A DNA stretch of 63,671 nucleotides, filler included. It is 3 parts of 3 records of this genome, joined end to end, with 100 filler letters (N's around TTAATTAATTAA, not from the genome) between each part and the next. Parts side by side here need not be neighbours in the genome. Positions count along the whole stretch, not along the records: positions 25,454 to 43,043 come from SRR31156797_4142; positions 43,144 to 63,671 come from SRR31156797_4150; 1 more part is not named here. The stretch is one strand, 5' to 3'. The first letter of the stretch is position 1; every line of letters begins with the position of its first letter. Both the position numbers and the translations under genes were made by a program. The notes below the pieces were generated by a model, which ran no database searches, was not told where the DNA came from, and worked only from the letters and a program-made list of their open reading frames with translations. This document shows, piece by piece, positions 39,605-47,479 of this stretch.

Positions 39605-40519
39605 TCAGGACATGTATCGCTTCTGAATAAAGGACAGCTGGTCCCTGAGCATCCTGGTCGCCTTCATCTCATAGCCGGCGGCCGCCGCCTCGGCAATGGG
39701 CCTGTCGTACATATATTCTATCTCCATGGGACGCTTCGCCAGATAGTCCAGCTTCATGCTGGGTTCGTAGGGGGTCATGATCTTTGTGAACTGAAGCATC
39801 TTCTCCATGGCATCTTCCTCTATGGAACAGCCGCAGGCGGCGGCTCCGCCCAGAACCTCTCCCATCAGCACTCTCACCATATCCACGGATGAGGGGGTGT
39901 TCATGATCTCCCCCGTATCGCTGTCCAGGGCGACGGAAAGGCCGTTGTAGGGGATGTTCCAGAGCAGTTTGCGCCAGCGGGCCTCATGCAGATCGTCGAT
40001 CAGGGTAACGGGGACGGAGGCCTCTTCAAAACGCTTCCCGATCGCATCCCGCAGGCCGTCGTCCTTCCGGTCCAGGCTGCCCAGGGTGATGGCGCCCTTG
40101 TCCTGATGCTCTATGATGCCCGGCTCCTTCTTGCGGGAGCAGATAAAACACATCCCGCCGATCACGGGATTACGAGGGAACCAGGACTTGAACTCCTCCT
40201 CCATGCCGAGGCCGTTCTGGAGAACCAGAAGGGCCGTTCCCCCGCGAACGAGCGGGGCGATCTGTTCCTTCAGCCCCCTGTTGCCCGTGGTCTTGAGGGC
40301 CACCAGGACCACATCCGCTGGAGGGATGTCCGAGACCTTGCTGTATACATCGGGGCTGTCCAGATGGATATCGCCCCGGGGAGAGAGGACGGTCAGCCCC
40401 TTCTCCTTGATGGTCTTGTAGTCGCTTCTTGCCAGAAAGTTGACTCTGTGTCCGAGATCGGCCAGACGGGCGCCGTAGTAGGCCCCTACGGCTCCCGTGC
40501 CGAATACTGTAAAGGTCAT
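39605..40519 (-). CDS. panE: Ketopantoate reductase family protein (putative 2-dehydropantoate 2-reductase)
   Basis: GTGAVGAYYG, LQNGLG, WRKLLWN, PSMKLD...E. Confidence 0.85.
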   Translation of the reverse strand: MTFTVFGTGAVGAYYGARLADLGHRVNFLARSDYKTIKEKGLTVLSPRGDIHLDSPDVYSKVSDIPPADVVLVALKTTGNRGLKEQIAPLVRGGTALLVLQNGLGMEEEFKSWFPRNPVIGGMCFICSRKKEPGIIEHQDKGAITLGSLDRKDDGLRDAIGKRFEEASVPVTLIDDLHEARWRKLLWNIPYNGLSVALDSDTGEIMNTPSSVDMVRVLMGEVLGGAAACGCSIEEDAMEKMLQFTKIMTPYEPSMKLDYLAKRPMEIEYMYDRPIAEAAAAGYEMKATRMLRDQLSFIQKRYMS

Positions 40520-40547
40520 GGTCTCTCCTGATTTCTTTCTATTTTAT

Positions 40548-41435
40548 CTATTCCAACCCGTCTTCCAGGAGCTCGCAGAGGCTCATGTTCTCCGGGGTCA
40601 TCAGCTGGTAAAGGGACTTCTCCATAAGAACCCCCTCCCTCTGGGGGGTGTTGTGGCCGAAGGTGTTCCTGATGGCGTGGGATACGAAATGGACAGCCCT
40701 GTCTATGGCCGCCGGGAGGCTGTCCCCCAGAAGGAGACGGCCCGTGATCACGCTGGCGAACATATCCCCCGTTCCGGGATAGGTGGCGGGGATATGGGGC
40801 GCGCTCAGCTTCCATATGCGTTTGAAGCGTTTTTCGTAGGCCAGGACCGTGTTGGTCCTCTCCCTGTCCCTCAGGGGCAGGCTCGTTATCACCACCATCT
40901 TCGGTCCCCTGTCCGCCAGAAGACGGAGCAGGTCCTTCGCCTCTTCCATATTCAAGTCTTCCGAATAGGGCTTGTCCGTCAGGAAACAGGCCTCCGTGAA
41001 GTTGGGGGTGATAAGGTCGGCCCTGCGGACCAGATCCTTCATCCCCTCTATCATACGGGCGTCCATGGGGCCGTAGAACTCTCCGTCATCCCCCAGTACG
41101 GGATCCACCGTCACCAGCTGCCCTTCCCTGCGGAAGTGGGAGATCAGTTCTTCCATGATACTGATCTGGCGGGGAGACCCGAGAAAACCGGAGTATACGG
41201 CATCGAAGTCCAGGGGAAGGGTCTTCCAGTGGGCCAGGGTTTTGTCCATCACATCGGTCAGATCGTGGAAGACATAGTCCTCGAAGCCGCTGGTCTGGGT
41301 CGAGAGAACCGCCGTGGGAAGAGGACAGACATTGATGCCCATGGCGGAGAGTACGGGCATGACTATGGTCAGGGAAGAGCGGCCGTAGCCGGACAGGTCG
41401 TGGATCGCCGCCACCCGTGGAATAGGATTTTTCAT
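40548..41435 (-). CDS. pdxK: Pyridoxal/pyridoxamine kinase
   Basis: AIHDLSGYGRSSL, SGFLGS, VDPVLGD, TPNFTEA, PGTGD; start reassigned to ATG 41435. Confidence 0.88.
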   Translation of the reverse strand: MKNPIPRVAAIHDLSGYGRSSLTIVMPVLSAMGINVCPLPTAVLSTQTSGFEDYVFHDLTDVMDKTLAHWKTLPLDFDAVYSGFLGSPRQISIMEELISHFRREGQLVTVDPVLGDDGEFYGPMDARMIEGMKDLVRRADLITPNFTEACFLTDKPYSEDLNMEEAKDLLRLLADRGPKMVVITSLPLRDRERTNTVLAYEKRFKRIWKLSAPHIPATYPGTGDMFASVITGRLLLGDSLPAAIDRAVHFVSHAIRNTFGHNTPQREGVLMEKSLYQLMTPENMSLCELLEDGLE

Positions 41436-41528
41436 AGTATTGAGTGTAATATAAGGAATGGGGATTGAGAAGATCTTAACAAAAATCTGTTCCTGTCGAT
41501 TATAATAGAGTATAGGAGGTCGCATCAG

Positions 41529-42443
41529 GTGCAATTGACGCTTACGGCAGAGGAACAAAAAGCCTTTTTTTTACTGATGGGAATCCCGGGGAAGGGTGTG
41601 AACACCGCCGACGAGGATTCTCTGAAAAAGGCCTTTCGCAGCAAGGCTAAAAACTCACATCCCGATATGGCCGTTAGCCTGGGGAAGGATCCCCGCCTGA
41701 TGCAGATGCGTTTTCAAGAGCTGAACGACGCCTTCAATATCCTAATGGAGAGGATCCAGAGGGAGAAGAACAGCTTCAAGGTCTACAGTCCTCCCAGGCA
41801 GAACAGAGGCGCCCAGGGCAAGGCGACTCAGGGCAAGGCGACTCAGGGCCGCAGCAGCCAGACAAGACACTCCCAAAGCAGAAAAAGCGGTTCCACCGCC
41901 CGAAAGGCCTCCAAAAAGACCCGAAGCGCCGAACAGGCCGCATATCGATCCGACCAGAAGCACGCCCAGCATACGGCGAGGCGCAAGGCCGCCTCCTCAG
42001 CCTCCGGCCCGGCCTCGGGAAAGAAAAAGGCCCGTTCCTTCGGTGACGAACTGTACTACAGTGGAAGAACCCCCGCGAGGAACCTCCGATTCGCCGAATA
42101 CCTCTACTACTCGGGAAGCATCTCCTGGACCGATCTGGTTCACGCCCTGGTCTGGCAGTACCGCAACAGGCCCAAACTGGGAGAACTGGCCACCACAAGC
42201 GGCCTGCTCTGCTTCGAAGACGTTCTGGAGATCATCAGGCTGAAGACGAGCGGCGAACTGTTCGGAGAGGCGGCCGTCCGCCTCGGCTACCTGGACGCGG
42301 CGAAGCTGGACTCCCTGGTTAGGGAGCAGAAGAAGCTGGGCATGCCCATCGGCCGTTATTTCACGGCCGAGGGAAAGATGACCCAGGAGGATCTCTATAA
42401 GAAGCTGATGGAGATGCGGCGGCACAACATCATCTTCGAATAG
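41529..42443 (+). CDS. J-domain protein with low-complexity linker and four C-terminal MshEN-like repeats
   Basis: LKKAFRSKAKNSHPD...FQELNDAF J-domain; four 24-residue xxGxxxxxxGxxxxxxLxxxLxxQ-like units; TATAAT and AGGAGG upstream of a GTG start. Confidence 0.85.
   Translation: MQLTLTAEEQKAFFLLMGIPGKGVNTADEDSLKKAFRSKAKNSHPDMAVSLGKDPRLMQMRFQELNDAFNILMERIQREKNSFKVYSPPRQNRGAQGKATQGKATQGRSSQTRHSQSRKSGSTARKASKKTRSAEQAAYRSDQKHAQHTARRKAASSASGPASGKKKARSFGDELYYSGRTPARNLRFAEYLYYSGSISWTDLVHALVWQYRNRPKLGELATTSGLLCFEDVLEIIRLKTSGELFGEAAVRLGYLDAAKLDSLVREQKKLGMPIGRYFTAEGKMTQEDLYKKLMEMRRHNIIFE
41814..41849 (+). repeat. In-frame 15-bp tandem repeat (QGKAT x2 plus partial copy)
   Basis: CAGGGCAAGGCGACT CAGGGCAAGGCGACT CAGGGC. 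Confidence 0.85.
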
Positions 42444-42491
42444 ACCGCCTCCCGCTCCGTCCGGAGCGTACCCCGATCCATGGCTCTCATC

Positions 42492-43043
42492 TCATTTGCG
42501 CACAAGGCTCATGAACTCTTCTCTGGTGGCGGATGAGGAGTGGAAGCTCCCCAGAACGGATGACGTGACCATAGAGGAGTGCTGCTTCTGCACCCCCCGC
42601 ATCATCATGCACATATGACGGCATTCCATGACCACGCCGACCCCCTCGGCGCCCACCTCATCCTTGATGGTGTGGGCGATCTGGGAGGTCAGCCGCTCCT
42701 GGATCTGAAGACGGCGGGCGTAGAAGTCGGCGATCCGGGCCAGCTTGCTTACCCCCAGGACCTTGTCCTTGGCGATATAGCCGATATGGCAGACTCCGTA
42801 GAAGGGGAGCATGTGGTGCTCGCAGAGGCTGTAGATCTCGATATCCTTGCAGACGATCATGTTGTTGGCCTCCGATTCGAAGACCGCCCCGTTGATCACC
42901 TTGTCCAGCTCCTGGCTGTAGCCTCTGGTCAGGTACCTGTAGGCCTCTGCCACCCTCTCAGGCGTCTTCGCAAGGCCCTCTCTGTCGGGATCTTCCCCTA
43001 TCTCGATCAGAAGCTCCCTGATCAGGGCGCTCACTCGTTCTTT
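42492..43043 (-). CDS. folE: GTP cyclohydrolase I (N-terminus possibly clipped by contig end)
   Basis: [51 protein letters not shown]. Confidence 0.97.
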   Translation of the reverse strand, partial: KERVSALIRELLIEIGEDPDREGLAKTPERVAEAYRYLTRGYSQELDKVINGAVFESEANNMIVCKDIEIYSLCEHHMLPFYGVCHIGYIAKDKVLGVSKLARIADFYARRLQIQERLTSQIAHTIKDEVGAEGVGVVMECRHMCMMMRGVQKQHSSMVTSSVLGSFHSSSATREEFMSLVRK

Positions 43044-43143
43044 NNNNNNNNNNNNNNNNNNNNNNNNNNNNNNNNNNNNNNNNNNNNTTAATTAATTAAN
43101 NNNNNNNNNNNNNNNNNNNNNNNNNNNNNNNNNNNNNNNNNNN
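43044..43143. other. Artificial contig-joining spacer
   Basis: Same 44 N + TTAATTAATTAA + 44 N layout as 25354-25453. Confidence 0.97.
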
Positions 43144-43173
43144 CACCGCCGGATACCGCCGGACACCGCCGGA
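43144..43173 (+). repeat. 10-bp tandem repeat (YACCGCCGGA x3) at the contig start, within a coding frame
   Basis: CACCGCCGGA TACCGCCGGA CACCGCCGGA. Confidence 0.9.
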
Positions 43174-43366
43174 ATATGATGCTCAGGATCATGAAGTAGC
43201 GGTTCTGGACTATATTGAGCAGGAAGGCTCAATTACGAATAAGAAAGCGCAAGAGTTACTTGAACTAAAAGAAAGTCGTATAAAAGAGATTTTTCGTGAG
43301 ATGAGAAGCAAAGAATTGATTGATATTAAGGGTCGCGGTAGCAAAACGTACTATGTCGCCAAATAA
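43145..43366 (+). CDS. C-terminal winged-helix domain of a truncated protein (resembles tails of AlbA_2/HATPase_c_4 'RecG-like' or Fic proteins; absent from the ORF track)
   Basis: Manual translation TAGYRRTPPEYDAQDHEVAVLDYIEQEGSITNKKAQELLELKESRIKEIFREMRSKELIDIKGRGSKTYYVAK*. Confidence 0.7.
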   Translation, partial: TAGYRRTPPEYDAQDHEVAVLDYIEQEGSITNKKAQELLELKESRIKEIFREMRSKELIDIKGRGSKTYYVAK

Positions 43367-44267
43367 CATAGAGAAAATAATTGAGTTAACAGTTGAAGGT
43401 GACGGGGGCAGGCTCGATGCGTATATCGCAGATAATAGTGATATCAGCCGGTCATTTGCGGAGCGCCTTGTCGCAGATAAGATGGTCACTGTTAACGGTG
43501 AAATTAAACTTAAAAAGTATAAAGTAAAAAATGGTGACTATATATATGTAGAGATTCCGAAAGAAGAGGTTCCTGATCTCACCCCTGTTAAAATGGATAT
43601 TGACATTATTTTCGACTGTGGCGACTTCGCTGTGATAGATAAGCCGGCAGGGGTAACTGTTCACCCTGCGCCCGGGCACGCAGAGGATACCATAGTCAAT
43701 GCTATGTTAGCTGAATTTGAGATAAACGATGAAAATGACCTTCGACCGGGGATAGTCCACCGATTAGATAAAGATACTTCCGGAGTTATGCTAATAGCTA
43801 AAAACAGAAAGGCACGTGAGGAACTTGCGAAGATTTTTGCAGATAGAAAGATAGATAAAAGATACCTGGCGATCTGCTGGGGAAATCCTAAAAAAGATCA
43901 CTTCATTATCGAAGAACCTATAGGTCGACACCATAAAGACAGGAAGAAGATGTGTGTCCGTGAAGATGGTCGTCATGCCAAAAGTGAAATCACTGTTTTA
44001 AAACGTGGTAATAGTTCTTTTCTTGCCGAGATTAGAATTTATACTGGACGAACTCACCAGATAAGGGTACATATGAGCCATGCAGGTTATCCCTTAGCAG
44101 GGGATGAGGTTTACGGAAACAGGCTGTCTTTGAAAATGCCTATCAACAGGCAGGCGTTACACTCCGCACGGCTGACGTTTGTAAACCCCTTCACAAACGA
44201 AATGGTTAAGTATGAGTCTTCTATACCGGAAGATATGAGGGAACTTATAAAAAGACTGAAATTATAG
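43353..44267 (+). CDS. rluD: RluA-family 23S rRNA pseudouridine synthase with S4 domain
   Basis: RLDAYI S4 domain, DKPAG..VHP, RPGIVHRLDKDTSG, TGRTHQIRVH, RQALH; ATG at 43353. Confidence 0.93.
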   Translation: MSPNNIEKIIELTVEGDGGRLDAYIADNSDISRSFAERLVADKMVTVNGEIKLKKYKVKNGDYIYVEIPKEEVPDLTPVKMDIDIIFDCGDFAVIDKPAGVTVHPAPGHAEDTIVNAMLAEFEINDENDLRPGIVHRLDKDTSGVMLIAKNRKAREELAKIFADRKIDKRYLAICWGNPKKDHFIIEEPIGRHHKDRKKMCVREDGRHAKSEITVLKRGNSSFLAEIRIYTGRTHQIRVHMSHAGYPLAGDEVYGNRLSLKMPINRQALHSARLTFVNPFTNEMVKYESSIPEDMRELIKRLKL

Positions 44268-44356
44268 TATTTTTTTGAACGTCTGCTTATTTAAATTCTT
44301 TGTGAAAGTAGGGTGGTTAAACCTGAAAAGTTTTAATCCTAAAACGATGTTTCTTG

Positions 44357-44410
44357 TTGACACCCTTGCTATGTTCGTGATAGATACTGCATACTGTATA
44401 CAAAATACAG
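44357..44410 (+). promoter_or_regulatory. nuo operon promoter and adjacent operator-like repeats
   Basis: TTGACA (44357-44362), imperfect extended -10 TGaTAGATA, then ATACTGC ATACTGT ATACA and the palindrome CTGTAT-N5-ATACAG (44394-44410). Confidence 0.55.
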
Positions 44411-44419
44411 AGGTGATGT

Positions 44420-44773
44420 ATGAATGGATATTTGCCTATAGTGCTGTTTCTTTTGATCGCTTCAACGCTCGGTATCATAGTTATGTTTGCCGGTGCCATT
44501 GTCCGACCTAAGAAATATGAGAAAATGAAGTTTAGTGTCTATGAGTGCGGTATGCCGTCACTCGACGAGAACAGAAAGCGTCTTAATGTTAGATTTTACA
44601 TTATCGCTATGCTGTTTGTTATCTTTGACGTGGAGACAGTGTTCCTGTTTCCGTGGGCCGTGGCGTTTGATATGATCGGCCTGTTTGGACTTATCGAGAT
44701 GATATTATTTCTCGTAATACTTGTCTTTGGCTATTTTTATGCTTGGCAAAAAGGAGCGTTAGAATGGGCTTAA
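44420..44773 (+). CDS. nuoA: NADH-quinone oxidoreductase subunit A
   Basis: YECG, FVIFDVE, KGALEW. Confidence 0.97.
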   Translation: MNGYLPIVLFLLIASTLGIIVMFAGAIVRPKKYEKMKFSVYECGMPSLDENRKRLNVRFYIIAMLFVIFDVETVFLFPWAVAFDMIGLFGLIEMILFLVILVFGYFYAWQKGALEWA

Positions 44774-45240
44774 TTGATGGTAAATTACCAGACAATGTAT
44801 TGACTACAACAGTTGACTCAGTAATCAACTATTGTAGGAAATCCTCTTTGTGGCCTATGACCTTTGGTCTGGCTTGTTGTGCTATTGAGATGATGGCCTG
44901 TGGTGCGGCGAAGTTCGACTTCGACCGTATGGGTATTATCTTCCGTGCTACACCAAGACAGGCAGACGTTATGATCGTCGCTGGTACGGTTACAAGAAAG
45001 ATGGCTCCTGTTGTTAGAAAAGTATATCTTCAAATGCCAGAGCCTAAGTGGGTTATCGCCATGGGTAGCTGTGCTACTTCCGGTGGTATCTATAACACAT
45101 ACTCTACAGTTCAGGGTGTGGACGAAGTTGTTCCTGTGGATTTTTACATCCCGGGATGTCCTCCAAGACCAGAAGCACTGTACGATGCAATAGTAGCTCT
45201 CCAGTCAAAGATTATGACTGAGAAAGTTCTCAGGAAATAA
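44764..45240 (+). CDS. nuoB: NADH-quinone oxidoreductase subunit B
   Basis: [25 protein letters not shown]. Confidence 0.97.
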   Translation: MGLIDGKLPDNVLTTTVDSVINYCRKSSLWPMTFGLACCAIEMMACGAAKFDFDRMGIIFRATPRQADVMIVAGTVTRKMAPVVRKVYLQMPEPKWVIAMGSCATSGGIYNTYSTVQGVDEVVPVDFYIPGCPPRPEALYDAIVALQSKIMTEKVLRK

Positions 45241-45251
45241 GGGGATATACT

Positions 45252-45749
45252 ATGACATTCGAACAGCTTACTGAAAAACTGTCAGCACAGTTCCCTGAAA
45301 AGCTTAACTGCTACTCAGAGTTTAAGTGTAATTTTATCAAAGTGAAGGATATGGCTGTCTATAAGGAAGTGCTTGCTGCGCTTCACGACGAGTTCTCCTT
45401 CAAGTATATGGTCGACGTTGTCGCAACTCACTGGCCTAAAAAGCGCGAGAAGTTTGAAATAACAAACAATCTCTTCTCTGTTGAGAACAAGCTTAGGGTT
45501 TTCGTGAAAGTTGGCAGCGAAGAGAACAAATTCCCAACCATCACAGATCTTTGGATCGGTGCAAACCTGATGGAAAGGGAGCAGTACGACCTTGTCGGTG
45601 TTATATTCGAAGGACATCCAGATCTCAGAAGAGTACTTCTGCCTGAATTCTTTGAAGGACACCCTCTTAGAAAAGACTTTCCACTTAAGGAGAGATCCTG
45701 GTTCAACAATGCTGATGAACAAGGTCTCGGACTTAAGTTTACAAGGTAG
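45252..45749 (+). CDS. nuoC: NADH-quinone oxidoreductase subunit C
   Basis: ERE.YDL.GV.FEGHPDLRR, GHPLRKDFP. Confidence 0.96.
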   Translation: MTFEQLTEKLSAQFPEKLNCYSEFKCNFIKVKDMAVYKEVLAALHDEFSFKYMVDVVATHWPKKREKFEITNNLFSVENKLRVFVKVGSEENKFPTITDLWIGANLMEREQYDLVGVIFEGHPDLRRVLLPEFFEGHPLRKDFPLKERSWFNNADEQGLGLKFTR

Positions 45750-45758
45750 GGGCTGAAT

Positions 45759-46946
45759 ATGAGTAGGATAGAAAACGTATCAGAAGTAGTAACCGTAAAC
45801 ATGGGGCCTCAGCACCCCTCAACACACGGTGTTTTGAGACTCGTTGTAGACCTTGACGGTGAGACTATCGTCAATGTTGACCCTGATGTAGGCTTTCTAC
45901 ACAGGGGAACTGAGAAGCTTGCTGAAAACAGAACTTATCATCAGACAATTCCGCTTACAGACAGGCTCGACTACTTATCACCTCTTTCAAATAACCTTGC
46001 TTATTGTCTTGCTGTTGAAAAGTTCTTTGACGTAAAGATTCCTGAGAGAGCAGAATACCTCAGAGTTATCCTCGCAGAAATGTCGAGAATAGCTTCCCAC
46101 CTTGTATGGATCGCGACACACGCGCTCGATATCGGTGCGATGACTGTATTCCTTTATGCTTTCCGTGAGCGTGAAGAGATCCTTGACCTTTTCGAAATGG
46201 GAACTGGTCAGCGTATGACATCTTCATGGATGAGAATCGGTGGCGTTAGAGAAGATATGCCGGAGGAGTTTTACACTACTCTCGCAGACTTCGTTAGCAG
46301 ATTTGAAGCAAACGTTGATACATATGAGAACCTTCTTACAACTAACAGAATCTGGATGGGACGTACAATCGACATCGGTATCCTTACTGGTGAAGAGACA
46401 CAGCATTACGGAACATCAGGTCCTCTTATGAGAGGTTCAGGTATAGACTTCGACCTTAGAAGAGACGAAGGTTACGGTATCTATGACAGATTCGATTACG
46501 AAATTCCTGTTGAAGATGCATGTGACACTTATGCTAGATACAAAGTAAGAATGAAAGAAATGCGCGAATCTAACAAAATCCTCGCACAGGCTCTCGAGCA
46601 GATGCCAGCAGAGGGTGATGTTATGACTGACGACCCTAGGGTTGCTCTCCCATCTCACGAAGATGTTTACGAGCGCATGGAATCACTTATCAGAAGATTC
46701 TACATCGTTTCCAAAGGTTTCAGACCACCAAAAGGTGAAACATATCAAGGTATAGAGGCTCCTAAAGGCGAGCTTGGATTCTACCTTATCAGTGAAGGGG
46801 AAGAGCGTCCTTACAGAATGAAGATTCGCTCACCGTCCTATGTTAACCTTGGCGTTCTCAACAAAATGGCTAAAGGCCACATGCTGGCTGACCTTGTTGC
46901 TATCATCGGTACAAACGACGTTGTACTCGGTGAGATCGATAGGTAA
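45759..46946 (+). CDS. nuoD: NADH-quinone oxidoreductase subunit D
   Basis: NMGPQHPSTHGVLR, HRGTEK, DRLDY, GEIDR. Confidence 0.98.
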   Translation: MSRIENVSEVVTVNMGPQHPSTHGVLRLVVDLDGETIVNVDPDVGFLHRGTEKLAENRTYHQTIPLTDRLDYLSPLSNNLAYCLAVEKFFDVKIPERAEYLRVILAEMSRIASHLVWIATHALDIGAMTVFLYAFREREEILDLFEMGTGQRMTSSWMRIGGVREDMPEEFYTTLADFVSRFEANVDTYENLLTTNRIWMGRTIDIGILTGEETQHYGTSGPLMRGSGIDFDLRRDEGYGIYDRFDYEIPVEDACDTYARYKVRMKEMRESNKILAQALEQMPAEGDVMTDDPRVALPSHEDVYERMESLIRRFYIVSKGFRPPKGETYQGIEAPKGELGFYLISEGEERPYRMKIRSPSYVNLGVLNKMAKGHMLADLVAIIGTNDVVLGEIDR

Positions 46947-46957
46947 GGGGAGCTAAA

Positions 46958-47476
46958 ATGGCAGAGAATGAAGTAATTGAAACCCAAGAGGAAGAAAAGA
47001 AAGAATTCGATCCAGCTATGTGTGATGAGATCTGTGCAAAGTATCAGGATTGGCCGGGAGCTACTATCCCTGTCCTTCAGGAAACACAAGATGCATACGG
47101 ATATCTCTTCCCGGAATTAGTTGAGAGAATTGCTGATGACATGAATATGTCAGCACATCAGATTTATGGCGTTATCACCTTTTACGCACAGTTCTATACA
47201 AAACCACGTGGTAAATACATCATTAGGGTTTGTAGAGGAACTGCTTGTCACGTTCAGGGTTCAGGTCGTATCTCTGAGATTGTTGGCGAAGAATTCGGTA
47301 TTGGAGACGGTGAAACAAGTCCTGACCTCAAGTTTACTTTGGAAGAAGTATCTTGCATTGGTGCTTGCGGAATGGCTCCTGTTATCATGATAAACAATAG
47401 TACTTACGGTAACCTTAAGCCTGAAGATGCGAGAAAAATCTTCAAGGATTACGCAAGTCTTCCGGATGAGGAGTAG
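46958..47476 (+). CDS. nuoE: NADH-quinone oxidoreductase subunit E (HydC-like [2Fe-2S])
   Basis: VCRGTACH, SCIGACGMAP. Confidence 0.95.
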   Translation: MAENEVIETQEEEKKEFDPAMCDEICAKYQDWPGATIPVLQETQDAYGYLFPELVERIADDMNMSAHQIYGVITFYAQFYTKPRGKYIIRVCRGTACHVQGSGRISEIVGEEFGIGDGETSPDLKFTLEEVSCIGACGMAPVIMINNSTYGNLKPEDARKIFKDYASLPDEE

Positions 47477-47479
47477 GTT

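Noticed and set aside
43144-43173. Repeat at contig start as a CRISPR remnant
   Set aside because: Contiguous 10-bp units with no spacers and no cas genes; it is a coding tandem repeat.
44299-44316. Rex-like half site (TTGTGAA) upstream of nuoA
   Set aside because: The second half of the palindrome is missing.
44394-44410. Possible LexA (SOS) box at the nuo promoter
   Set aside because: Spacing is CTGT-N9-ACAG rather than N8, and the context does not suggest SOS control; kept only as a generic operator candidate.
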